Assembly (NCBI RefSeq): GCF_963921235.1
Contig: NC_086109.1
Coordinates: 5,520,001-5,584,000, forward strand
Length of the DNA: 64,000 nt
Source of the DNA: Mobula hypostoma
Lineage: Eukaryota
Direction: 5' to 3'
Below the pieces are notes generated by a model. The model made no database searches. It had not been told where the DNA came from and saw only the letters and a program-made list of their open reading frames with translations. Made by a program: the position numbers and the translations under genes. Position 1 is the stretch's first letter. Each line of letters begins with the position of its first letter. Shown piece by piece: positions 52,151 through 64,000 of the stretch.

Positions 52151-53859
52151 TGTGAGGAATGCACTGTCAGGGCTGGTAGGGGAGGTAAGTACGATAGTGA
52201 CTTGTTTGTAGGGTTGTTCGCCAAGCCTGGAGGTTAGGTCGCAAACATTTCATCATCAGTCAAGGTGGCATCATCAGTGAGCAACTGAGTGTATGTGTTC
52301 ATATTGGTCCAACTCGCTGTCTCACTGGCCGCAAGTCTCCGCTGGGTCCCAGCCAACCGGATAGATTAGATAGGAACATGGACGTGCTGAGAGTGGATAG
52401 ATATGTAGGTCGAAAGGATTAGTTAGATTAGCTTTAGTCGTTGAAACATACAGTGAAGTGTGTCGTTTGTGTTGACGACCAACACAGTCCGGAGAAGTGC
52501 TGGGGGCAGCCCACAAGTGTCGCCATGGTACGTCCACAGCTTTCCAGCACTAACCCATGCGTGTTTGGAACGTGAGAAGAAACCGGAGCACTCAGCAAAA
52601 ATCCACGTGGTCCCAAGGGAGAAATTACAGGCTCCTTACAGACGGCGGTGGAACTGGACCTAGGTCACCGGCGCTTCTGGTAACTGCGATGTTACCGCAT
52701 CGCCTAACGTTATTTTGGCACCAGCTCAATGGGCCGAAGGGCCTGTTGCTGTGCTGTACTGTTCTATGTCCATCTCCACTGCGTTTGTGTTCTCTCTTAA
52801 ACAAGGAGGCCAGTATTGTACGGTATTTCATGTGTGGTCTCAGGTCCCATACAAAGCTGCCTGCTTTTGTATTTAAAAATGAAACTAGATAATGGGAAGG
52901 GAGGGAGGGAACGTCGACTCAGAGGCCTGCGTTGGGCATTTTCATGCCTCACAAGGCGCAGATTGGAAGTCTGTGTGGTCCTCTCACAGACTCTAGAGCA
53001 ATGTGTAGTTAAGTGCCTTGCTCAAGGACACAAACACGCTGCCACAGCTGAGACTCGAACTAGCGACCTTCAGATCACTAGACGAAAACCTTAACCACTT
53101 GGCCACGTGCCCAACACAAGATAATGAGAAAGCGATGATCAAACCTCTGATTTATCATTAAAAATGACAATGGGCTATGGGTTGCACGGTAGCATAGCGG
53201 TTAAGGTAACAGCATAACAGCGCCAGCACCCGGGTTGAGTTCTGACCTGTCTGTAAGGAGTTTGTACATTCTTCCTGTGACCACATTGGTTTCCTCTGGG
53301 TGCCGCGGTTCCCTGCCACATTCCAAAGACCCACAGGTTAGGGCTAGTGAGTTGTGGGCACGCTATGCTGGCGCCAGAAGCATGGCGACACTTGTAGGCT
53401 GCCCCCAGCACATCCTCGGACTGTGTTGGTTGTTGACGCAAACGATGCATTTCACCATGTTTCGGTGTACCTGTGACTTACCCCCTTCTGCCCACGGGAT
53501 CGAAGAACGCAGTAAGCCTGTTAAGTCAGGGGTTAATCAGGTAGGCCAGTATCATGAACACATATTAAGATGTCATTTTTATCTTGAGAATATTGGACAG
53601 CTCGGCAGTGTAGAGTTTAGCTCAATGCTTCACAGTACCAACGAAAAGGGTTCAATTCCCATCACTGTCTGTAAAGAGTTTGTACGTTTTCCCTGTGACT
53701 GTGTGGATGTCCTCTGAGTTCTCCCACTATCCAAAGACATACCAGTTAGTAGGTTAATTGGTCATTGTAAATTATCCTGTGATTATTCTAGGATTAAATC
53801 TGAGGATGGCTAGGTAGTGTGCCTTGAAAAGCCGGAAGGGTCTATTCCACACTGTATCT

Positions 53860-54216
53860 CAATCATCATCATCATCTTCAGGTGCCGTGCCCAGTTTGAG
53901 CTTTGACTGCCATGGCCCACACACTCCTGTTTCGGGTCAAGTGGATCAATTCATTGGTATTCATTTCCAGTTCTCTGGCTGCTGTCTCCATCATCATTTG
54001 TCTTTGTCTTCCTCTTGCTTTCCTCCCTTCAATCTTTCCCATAATTACCGTGCATTCTAACTCCTCTTTCCTAATCACATGTCCAATGAAGTTACGTTGC
54101 CTTTTCATGATCTCATACATTATTTTTGTGTTTGCTCTGTTCATGGCATCCTCGTTAGATATTTGTTTCGTCCATGATATTCTTTGCATCCTCCTCAAAA
54201 ACCACATCTCTGCATC
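53860..54216 (-). mobile_element. RTE-clade LINE 3' fragment
   Basis: MWFLRRMQRISWT...FIGHVIRKEELE...GKIEGRKARGRQR; (GAT)n tail. Confidence 0.85.
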
Positions 54217-57084
54217 TCAATAAATAAATTATATTTTATGGTTGGCCACAAGTAACAAGTAAGTTGCACTGAGAGGATTGTTTTAGCAATTAAAATGGAT
54301 ATTAAATCACCTAAAGCAGGGGTTCCCAACCTTTTTCATGTCATGGACCAATACCATTAACCAAGGAGATTGTGGACCCCAGATTGGGAACCCTTGCCTT
54401 AAAGCCACAGAAACACATCGCAAAATGTAATCTACCACTCTGGTTCTTATTTATTGAGACCCAGCTTACTAATGAACACTTTACAAAAATTTGCAGGTGC
54501 TGGAAATCCGAAACAGAGAGTGCTGAATATACTCAGCAGGACAAGCCACGCCTGTGGAAGGAGAGATGAAGATGAAACATTCATCGGTTGTCTCTCCACA
54601 GATGCTGTCCAGTCTGCTGACTTCAGCACTAACTACAGTGACCCCTTGTTCAACAGCGCCATCTTCAGGCTCTCCTCAGGAAGCGCTTAATGTCCGTACG
54701 GGAGACGGTACTGATAAGCAGGGGCACCCAGTGCTAACAGCAGACACGGTAACTGTAGTCACGCCTCCAGAATTAAGATGTGGTTTACACCTTAACTATC
54801 AAGGCCAATACTTCAGAGCAGTGTATTGAAAAGTGCTTTCTACTGAGGGAGATTTTTAAAATTTTATTTAGAGATACAGTATCAAGCCCTTGCAGCCCAA
54901 TTACACCAGTGTTCATCTTAGGAATGTGGGAGGAAAGTGGAGGTCACAGAGAGAACATACAGACTCCTGACAGACAGTGGCGGGAATTGAACCGGGGCTG
55001 CTGGTGTCACGTTAACCGCTGCACTAGCGTACCCCAATGACAAACCAATATCCCTCCTTCTTGTACTTGTGCCGGCTAATATTCCTTCCATTCGCCCCTC
55101 TTCCCACCCCCACCTTCTTACTCTGGCTTCTTCCCCTTTCCTTTCCTGTCCCGATGAAGGGTCTCAGCTCAGAACGTTGGCTGTTTATTGTTCATGGGTG
55201 CTGCCTGGCCCGATGAGCTCCTCCGGCATTTTGTGCGTGCGGCTCAATATTTCCAGCACCCGCAGGATCTCGTGTCTGTTCTTCATCGGCTCCCCAGTAT
55301 CCATCCCAAATGTTCACTTGATTCATCATCAGCTGGTCGGGAGACCTCCTCATCAGCCTGCTCCTGGACCTTGCTGAGGTGACCATTTGCCGGTCCAGGC
55401 AGTGAGGCCACTGAGGGCTCCAGCCAAGGCAAGCGCCCGCCCTTTACTGATAACTGACAATTAATCAATCTATAACTGATTATCTCTGGAGGAGACTGCA
55501 GCATCCCAGACTCTCTGGAGGCCTTCTCTCTGGGAAGGGTTGGTGTCACAGAGGATGGCGTGCATCCTGGACGAGTGTGATGGCATTTTCATTTGAATTT
55601 TGAATATATTGTTGGAAATATGCACATTATAAATATGTAAATAAATCTTTTCTTTGAGAAGACAGCTTGCCCACGTCATTGTCTAAGTCACACACAGTCA
55701 TAACTTGAAGACATCACACAGTTCATTATCATCTTGGAACCGTTTACTGGAGGAGGTGATCAACCTGAAATTCAGCTCTAGTTTAATTGATGCTGCCTGA
55801 TCTGTTGAGTATGTTCAGCATTTGTTTTTTTTTTAAATTTAATTGTTGTTTTTTTATGGGTTTCAAACACTTTGGGCACATCTTCACTTATTGAGATACA
55901 TTGTGGAATAGACCCTTCCGGCCCTTCAAGCCATACCACCCAGCAATCTCCTGATTTAATCCTAGCCTAATCCTGGGACAATTTACAATGACCAATTAAC
56001 CTACCAACTGGTACATCTTTGGACTGTGGGAGGAAACTGGAGCACCTGCAGGAAACCCTACGTGGACGCAGGGAGAAATTGCAAACTCCTTACCGGCAGT
56101 AGTGGGAATTGAGCCCCGGTTGCTGGTACCACTACGCTACTGCGCCGCCCCGCGGTCTGCCGTGGCTCCAAATCATTTCAATATGTCAGGGGAAGGTAGT
56201 GATAGGCAATGAAGATTAAACGTAAGGGTCTCGGTCTGAAATGTTAACTGTTTATTCCTCTCCATAGATGCTGCCCGACCTGCTGAGTTCCTCCAGCATT
56301 TTGTGTGTGTTGCCTTGGATTTCCACATCTGCAGAATCTCTTGCTTATAATTTGCTGCTCCGTTGCGAAGTCTCTACGAGGTATGTCTACCATGAATGAG
56401 TTTAATTTTTCTTTTCGACGGGGGTTCGGTGAGACCCTATCCGACTGCTCCCCCTCTGTGATCTCTGATCACCCGCTGGTTTGTACTCCTTCCCCTACCC
56501 CCACCTTCTCATTCTGGCTTCTTCCTCCTTCCTTTTCCGGTCCCGATGAAGGGTCTCGGCCTGAAACATCAACTGTTTATTCCCCTCCACAGATGCTGCC
56601 TGACCTGCTGAGTTCCTCCAGTATTTTGCATGTGTTGCTCAAATTGAGAGATTAGTTTTATTTTGTCATACGTACAGCAAAACAAAGTGAAATGCGTCAT
56701 TTGCAGCAACGACTGACACAGTCCAAGAATGTGTGGGGGGCAGCTCACAAGTCTCGCCAAACTTCCGACGTCAACGTAGCATCCCCACAGCTAACCCTAA
56801 CCTGCATGTCTTCGGACATGCGGTCACAGGGAGATTGTACAAATTCCTTGCAGTCAGTGGCGGGATTTGAACCCCGATCACTGATTAGATCGGCTGTACT
56901 AGTGTTACACTAACTGCTACACTACCACACCACCAGTAAGTATTGGCATTCCCACAGTCCAGAGAAGAATAGAGAAACACTGTAAACAATGAGCAAAACA
57001 TGCTTAACAACACACAAAAAATGCCGGAGGAACTCTAAATCACGGAGGGGACAATCCCTGCAGAAAGCAGAGAGGGGAAGGTAA

Positions 57085-58030
57085 AGATACTTTATACTTC
57101 ATTGTCGCCAAACAATTGATACTAGAACGTACAATCATCACAGCGATATTTGATTCTGCGCTTCCCGCTCCCTGGATTACAAATATTAAATATTAAAAAC
57201 AGTAAAAATTAGTAAATATAAAATTTTAAATTATAAATCATAAATAGAAAATAGAAAAATGGAAAGTAAGGTCGTGCAAAAAAACCGAGAGGCAGGTCCG
57301 GATATTTGAAGGGTATGGCCCAGATACGAGTCAGGATCCGTTCAGCAGTCTTATCACAGTTGGAAAGAAGCTGTTCCCAAATCTGGCTGTATGAGTCTTC
57401 AAGATCCTGAGCCTTCTTCCGGAGGGAAGAGGGACGAAAAGTGTGTTGGGTGGGTCGTGTCCTTGATTATCCTGGCAGCACTGCTCCGACAGCGTGCGGT
57501 GTAAAGTGAGTCCAAGGATGGAAGATTGGTTTGTGTGATGTGCTGTGCTGTGTTCACGATCTTCTGCAGCTTCTTCCGGTCTTGGACAGGACAACTTCCA
57601 TACCAGGTTGTGATGCACCCTAGAAGAATGCTTTCTACAGTGCATCTATAAAAATTAGTGAGGGTTTTAGGGGACGAGACAAATTTCTTTAGTTTTCTCA
57701 GGAAGTAAAGGTGCTGGTGGGCCTTCTTGGCAGTGGACTCTGCTTGGTTGGACCAAGTCAGGTCATTTGTGACATTGACCCCAAGGAACTTAAAGCTTTT
57801 GACCTGTTCCACTTGCGCACCACCGATGTAAATTGGGTCATGCGGTCCACTACTCCTTCTGAAGTCAACAACCAATTCCTTTGCCTTGCTGACGTTGAGG
57901 GATAGGTTATTGTCTTCACACCATGCCACCAGGTTCTTAATTTCCTCTCTGTACTCAAACCCATCATTCATTACCCAAGATATGGCCTACAATTGTTGTG
58001 CCATCAGCAAACTTGTATATTGAGTTATAT
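57085..58030 (-). mobile_element. Rex1/Babar-like element 3' portion
   Basis: ORF 57399-57971 LSLNVSKAKELVVDFRR...FKFLGV; FADGTT remnant near 58000. Confidence 0.85.
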
Positions 58031-58611
58031 TCAGTGGCAGGACCCCTCTGGAGATGGCAAAAGTTATGGAGGATCATGTACTACACATAAAAGTTGCTGG
58101 TGAACGCAGCAGGCCAGGCAGCATCTCTAGGAAGAGGTGCAGTTGACGTTTCAGGCCGAGACCCTTCGTCATGTGCTGGGTGAGGAGGCTGAGGGGCTGG
58201 TAAATGAGGATAAGAGTTTATGTTAAGGTGGGGTGAGTGCGAATATTCGAGAAATGGAGATGCGAGGGAAAGCAGCATCAATAGTAGAGAGAGAGGGCAC
58301 CGTTCTTTAAAGAAGGAGGACATCTCTGATCTCCTGGAATTGAAAGTGGTGTCCTGTGAACAGATGCAGCACAGGCAAAGGAACTGAGAAACGGGAATAG
58401 TGTGGCGGCTCGCCCACGCGGGAAGCGAACCAGCTCCAGCAGTCGCCGGCGAACCCCCGGCAGCCGAGAGGGCTCGGAGTGCGGGGCAGACCTCGGCCCG
58501 GAAGCCGACGTCACTTCCGCCCCGCAGAGAGCGGGGGATGCTGGGAGCGGGCGCAGAAGCGCGCACGGATTGAAACCGAAAGCAGCTCAAGCCGACCCTG
58601 CTCGACTCAGT

Positions 58612-59391
58612 ATGTTGTTTTCATTCGGCGCGTATCAGCGCCACCACATCGCTGACCCCGACGGTCCGACGGCATTTGGACCCAGCACGAACGACTCGGC
58701 TCTGCAGAATGCAGTTCCCCTTGAGCTGCCGACCTTCTCGACCGCCCAACCCGTGGTCTGGTTCGCGCAAGCCGAGGCCCGGTTCCAGCTCGGGCAAGTT
58801 GTCTCAGACACCACCAGGTATTACTACGTGGTGAGCGCCCTCGACCGGGAGACAGCGGGCCGCGTTAGCGACTTTCTGCATCAGCCCCCGGCGACAGGCA
58901 GGTACGAGGCGCTCAAGGCCCTGTTAATCCGCACGTTTGGCCTCTCCCGCCGCGAACGGGCCGCGCGGTTACTGCACATGGACGGCCTGGGCGACCGGGC
59001 GCCGTCAGCCCTGATGAGCGACATGCTAGCTCTGGCAGGCGGCCATAAACCTTGCCTGCTGTTTGAACAGATCTTCTTGGAGCAAATGCCAGAAGACATC
59101 CGCCTCCTGCTAGCAGATGAAGACTTTAGCGACCCACGCAGGGTGGCTGCCCGTGCGGACGTGCTCTGGTGCGCCAAACAAAATGGCAGAACCACCATCG
59201 GAATCAGTGCTGCGGCACGGCCGAAAGCCCAGCCCTCCCACACCCCAGCAGCGGAGCACCGAACACCCACACCAAGGGACGGCACCGCTTCTGAGTCCTG
59301 GTGCTTTTATCATCAAAGGTGGGGTTCCGGGGCCCGCCGCTGCCGACCGCCATGCTCGTTCCAGGGAAATGCCAGGACCTGCCTTCGCTGA
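58612..59391 (+). CDS. Gypsy gag ORF, open (259 aa from ATG 58612)
   Basis: LPTF...WFAQAEARF, YEALKALL, LGDRAPS and C-terminal CFYH...C...C knuckle; no stops. Confidence 0.7.
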   Translation: MLFSFGAYQRHHIADPDGPTAFGPSTNDSALQNAVPLELPTFSTAQPVVWFAQAEARFQLGQVVSDTTRYYYVVSALDRETAGRVSDFLHQPPATGRYEALKALLIRTFGLSRRERAARLLHMDGLGDRAPSALMSDMLALAGGHKPCLLFEQIFLEQMPEDIRLLLADEDFSDPRRVAARADVLWCAKQNGRTTIGISAAARPKAQPSHTPAAEHRTPTPRDGTASESWCFYHQRWGSGARRCRPPCSFQGNARTCLR

Positions 59392-61300
59392 TGGCTACGG
59401 CAGCTGGTCACCGTGATAGCCTCTGCTACGTTTGGGACAAGCTCTCTGGGCGAAGATTCCTGGTGGACACGGGGGTGGAAATCAGTGTCCTAACCCCCTC
59501 GAGCCACGATACCCGAACTAGAAGAACAGGACGGGAACTTACAGCAGCCTCCAGCAGCACCATCTGCACCTACTGCACAAGAACCATCCCCTTGCAGTTC
59601 GGTTCCAGCCGCTTTACATGGACATTTACGCTCGCCGCAGTATCACAGCCATTGATGGGTGCGGATTTCCTCATGCACTGCCTGCTTGTGGATTTGAAGG
59701 GACGACGATTGGTCAATGCGAAGACGTTCCAGACTTTCTCCCTTGGTGAGGCCCCGCACCTGGACTCCGTCACTAATTCCAACAACGAGTTCGCCAGAGT
59801 GTTATCGGAGTTCCCATCTATCATCACGCCACAGTTTTTCTCAACAGACCACAAGCCCCTCACTTTCACATTTGCCAAAGTGTCGGACCCGTGGTCGGGC
59901 CGCCAGCAACGCCACCTGTCGTACATCTCGGAGTTTACCACCACGATCAAGCACATCTCCAGGAAGAACAACATGGTAGCCGAGGCGCTGCCACGCACCT
60001 CCGTCCAATCAGTGCACTCTCTGTCTCCGGGGGTGGATTATGCGGCGTTATCTAAGGCGCAACGACTGGACAGCGAGATGCTGGCGTACCGAACCGCAGT
60101 CTCAGGACTCCACCTCGAAGACATATCCATTGGGCCCGAAGGTAATGAGCTCCTTTGCGATGTGTCCTCCGGGCAACCTTAGCCCATTGTCCCGTCTGCT
60201 TGGAAGCGCTGCGTTTTCGACGCCTTGCACGGTTTAGCCCACCCTCCATCTAGGTGACCATCGAGCTGATCGCAGACAGGTTTGTGTGGCACAGCCTACA
60301 CAAGGAGTTCAGGCACTGGGCCAGGACATGAATACACTGGCAAACCTCCAAAATCCAGAGGCACGTGAGGGCCCCTCTGTAACCCTTCCAGCCGACACAT
60401 AGGAGGTTTGAACATGTCCACGTGGACATCGTTGGCCCACTGCCGGTTTCGAGAGGAGCGAGATACCTGTTCATCATGGTGGACAGGTTCACGAGGTGGC
60501 CAGAAGCTATCCCACTCACTAACACTGTCACGGCCACGGAGACATGCGCCGGAGCCCTGATTACCACCTGGGTGGCACGGTTCGGACTCCCAGCCCACGT
60601 CACTTCAGAGAGGGGTGTGCAGTTCACATCGGCTTTGTGGTCTGCGCTGGCACAACTCCTCAGAACCCAGCTCCACCAAACGACTGCTTACCATCTGCAG
60701 TCTAACGGCCTGGTGGAATGTTTCCACAGGCACTTGAAGTCAGCCCTGATGGCACGTCTCTGAGGGCCAGACTGGGTTGACGAACTCCCCTGGGTGCTGC
60801 TCGGCGTCCGCACGGCACCCAAGGAGGACCTGGCCACATCATCGACCGAACTGGTTTACGGTGCCCCACTCACAGTTCCCGGTGAGTTTGTGCCAGCACC
60901 CTGTGGCCAGGAGGACACACCTATGGCGATCCTAACTAAACTCCGGGACCAGTTTGGAACACTTGCCCCAGTCCCGATGTCCCATCACGGAACAACACCC
61001 TCTTTTGTGCCCAAGGACCTACAACAGAGCAAGTATGTGTTCGTTCGCCAAGGCGTGCACAGATCACCCCTGCAGCGACCATACGAAGAATCCTACAAGG
61101 TGGTGCGCCATAATGAAGCGACCTGCGTTCTCGACATCGGCAGTCGTGAAGAGACTTTTACCACTGACCGTCTCAAACTGGCACATCTAGACCTTGAACG
61201 CCTGGTTGCGGTACCACCCCCACAACGACGAGGCCGGCCACCTAAAAGAACTGATAGTGTGCAGGCTGTGGACTCTGCACCTCCCAGCGCCGGTTCTTGG
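59364..61300 (+). pseudogene. Gypsy pol remnant: protease, deleted RT, RNase H end, integrase with stops
   Basis: FLVDTG; IITPQFF joined directly to TDHKPL near 59840; VHVDIVGPLP...VDRFTRWPEA...SNGLVE; stops at 60180 and 60761 among others. Confidence 0.88.
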
Positions 61301-62119
61301 GGGGGGGGTGGGGGGGGGTCATGTGGTGGCTCACCCACGCGGCAAGCGAACCGGCTCCAGCAGTCGCGGGCGAGCCCGCAGCCAGCGGCAACCGAGTGGG
61401 TTCTAAGTGCAGGGCAGACCTTGGCCTGGAGGCCGACATTACTTCTGCCCCGCAAAGGGCGGGGGATGCTGAGAGCGGGCACTTAAGCGTGCGCGGATTG
61501 AAACAGTAAACAGTTCAACCAGACCCTGCTCGACTCAGTGTGTTGCTTTCACTCGTTGCGTATCAGCGTGCCCACAACAGCATTTTTACAGGCAATACGG
61601 TGTGAAGAGGTGGGAATTGGGAGGTTTATAAAAGATGTTAGTTAACAGTTTGTCTCCAGAGATTGAGAAAGGGGAAGGAGCTGTCGGAGATGAACCAAGT
61701 GAATTTAAGGGTGGGGTGGAAGTTAGAGGCAAAAATGGAAAAAATTGATGAGGTCAGCATGGGTGCATGATGCAGCACCAATGCAGTCATCAATGTAGTG
61801 GAGGAAGAGTTGGGGACAATAACCGGGGAAAGCTTCGAACATAGGCTAATCTATATAGCCCATGAAGACGCAGGCATAGCTGGGGCCCATGCGAGTGCCT
61901 ATGGCTATCCCTCAAGTTTGGAGAAATAGGCTTAAGAATTTTCATTTCAATGATGTCCCGGTTTGAAGGTTAATTGGTCACATGGGTGACATTGGACAAC
62001 ATGGGCTTGTTGGGCTGGAAGGGCCTATTAAAAGCTCAAAGTTCAAAGTAAATTTATGTCACCATATACAACCCTGAGATTCATTGTCTTCAAGGCATAC
62101 TCAATAAATCCACAGAAAA

Positions 62120-62652
62120 TAGGTCCCTGGTCAGACCCCGCTTGGAGTACTGTGCTCAGTTCTGGCCACCTCACTATAGGAAGGATGTGGAAACCATAGG
62201 AGGGGTGCAAAGGAGATTTACAAGGATGTTGCCTGGAATGGGGAGCATGCCTTATGAGAATAGGTTGAGTGAACTCGGCCTTTTTTCCTTTGAGTGACAG
62301 AGGATGAGAGGTGTACAAGATAATGAGAGGCATTGTTCGTGCGGATAGAGGTTTTTTCCGGGGCTGAAATGGCATGAGAGGGCATAGTTTTAATGTGCTT
62401 GGAAGTAGGTACAGAGGAGATGTCAGGGGTAAGTTTTTCTACACAGAGAGTGGTGAGTGCGTGGAATGGGCTGCCAGCGATAGTGGTGGAGGTGGATATG
62501 ATAGGGTCTTTTAAGAGACTCCTGGACAGGTATATGGAGCTCAGAAAAAGAGAGGGCTATGGGTAACCTTAGGTAATTTCTCAGGTAAGGACACGTTTGG
62601 CACAGCTTTTTGGGTCGATGGGCCTGTATTATGCTGTAGGTTTTCTGTTTCT
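62120..62652 (+). mobile_element. CR1 3' fragment nested in a - strand Rex1-like element (62040-63220)
   Basis: LVRPRLEYCAQFW...; the host element's tail resumes after 62652. Confidence 0.75.
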
Positions 62653-63739
62653 AATAATAACCATAATAGAATCAATGAAAGACCACCCTGATTTGGCCAT
62701 TCAGCCAGTGTGCAAAAGCCAACAAGCCTTGCAAATACCAAAATAAATAAATAATAAACTATATGTATATCAAGAACATGAGATGAAGAGTCCTTGAAAA
62801 TGAGTCCACAGGTTGTGCGAACAAGTGATGGGACAAGTGAAGTTATCCCCGCTGGTCAAGAGTCTGATGGCTGATGGGTAGTAGCTTCCTGAACCTGGTG
62901 GTGTGAGTCCCAAGGCTCCTGTACATTCTTCCTGATGGCAGCAGCGAGAAGAGAGCATGTCCTGGGTGGTGGGGGTCCCTGATGATGGATGCTACTTTCT
63001 TGCAACAGTGTTTCAAATAGGTGTGCTCAATGGTGGAGAGTGAGTCCGTGATGGACTGGGCTGTATCCACTACTTTTAGTAGGAATTTCAGTTCAAGGGC
63101 ACTGGTGTTTTCATACCAGGCTCTGATGCAGACAGTCAATGTACTCCACCACACACACATAGGAGTTTGTCAAAGTTTTAGATGTCATGCTGAATCTTAG
63201 CAAACTTCTAAGGAAGTAACTCTAAGTAAATATAAATTTAAAAATTTTAGCATAAATTAAAAAAGTTTTTTTCATGTAAAGTGGTTATTACTTCAGCTTA
63301 CGCTGATTGTAACAATGCAGAAAGAGAAGATTTGTGATCACGAAGCTCAGTTCTCCATGGGAATGGGAGGTTTAAAGGTACTTACAGATCCTTGCCAGCT
63401 AGCTGGCTCTGCTTGCTGCCTGGTATGGTACTGCGGTTTCTATTGGTTGCTGATCTTCCACATTGTAGTTTATTAATGACACCAAATAAATACAAATTTA
63501 AAAGAAGCCATTGAATAGCAGATTCACTGTAACCACTGCTGAACGGGTAACCCGGTGTGACTTAGCACTTTCACTGTTCATATGACATAGGAGCAGAATG
63601 AGGCCATTCAGTCCATCAAGCCTGCTCCACCATTTCGTTTTGGCAGATTTATTATCCCTCTCAATCCCATTCTGCTGCGTTGTCCTCATTACCTTTGATA
63701 CCCTTACTAATCAAGAGCCAAGCAACCTCTGCTTTAAAT

Positions 63740-64000
63740 TCTGGGGAGAGAATTCAAAGTTCTGAGATGCAACGGGACTTGGGAGTCCTCGTACCGGATA
63801 CCCTTAAAGTTAACCTCCAGGTTGAGTTGGTGTGAAGAAGGCGAATGCAATGTTGGCATTCATTTCTAGAGGAATAGAGTATAGGAGCAGGGATGTGATG
63901 TTGAGGCTCTGTAAGGCGCTGGTGAGACCTCACTTGGAGTACTGTGGGCAGTTTTGGTCTCCTTATTTAAGAAAGGATGTGCTGACGTTGGAGAGGGTAC
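63740..64000 (+). mobile_element. CR1 RT fragment running off the window end
   Basis: QRDLGV...ANAMLAFISRGIEY...LVRPHLEYC. Confidence 0.8.

Larger units (their letters stand above)
58401..61576 (+). mobile_element. Gypsy/Ty3 LTR retrotransposon, RT-deleted
   Basis: LTRs 58401-58648 and 61322-61576 (TG...CA); degenerate tRNA-Trp-type PBS TCGCTGACCCCGACG; G-rich PPT 61299-61318; TSD ATAG/ACAG; gag, protease, RNase H remnant, integrase order. Confidence 0.92.
58081..61910 (-). mobile_element. Penelope-like element (RT remnant plus pLTR) split by a Gypsy insertion
   Basis: IPVSQFLCLCCICSQD (PLE thumb-like) at ~58340-58400 continues past 61577 as CKNA|IP; MGTRMGPSYA-like and YIDD motifs at 61785-61905; pLTR at 58081-58172. 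Confidence 0.8.

Noticed and set aside
20300..64000. Exons of expected neighbours such as TAF8 or GUCA1A
   Set aside because: No recognisable peptide found by eye; small exons could have been missed

Overview
Repeat-dense vertebrate DNA, most likely from a cartilaginous fish (ray or shark). This is inferred from HE1/V-SINE-like SINEs, abundant CR1 LINEs, Rex1/Babar-like LINEs and Penelope-derived repeats. One host gene is well supported: the 3' part of a + strand proline-rich gene resembling C6orf132. It has a 2.1-kb coding exon (2883-5004) that splices in phase across a 14-kb intron to a short terminal exon (19034-19136), followed by an AT-rich 3' UTR. Most of the rest is nested mobile DNA: a full-length CR1 with an esterase-type ORF1, two near-identical young CR1 copies forming a ~7.3-kb inverted repeat, Rex1-, L2-, RTE-, L1- and R4/Dong-like fragments, mariner, Harbinger and hAT non-autonomous elements, a probable solo LTR, and an RT-deleted Gypsy element inserted in a Penelope element. 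The most notable observations are (i) minimal hammerhead-ribozyme motifs in dispersed Penelope terminal repeats, including a perfect 189-bp palindrome with a 14-bp TSD, and (ii) the Gypsy element, whose 5' LTR and gag remain CpG-rich and open with a new in-frame ATG while pol and the 3' LTR decay. All family assignments come from motif recognition only; no database searches were run, and repeat boundaries without TSDs are approximate.
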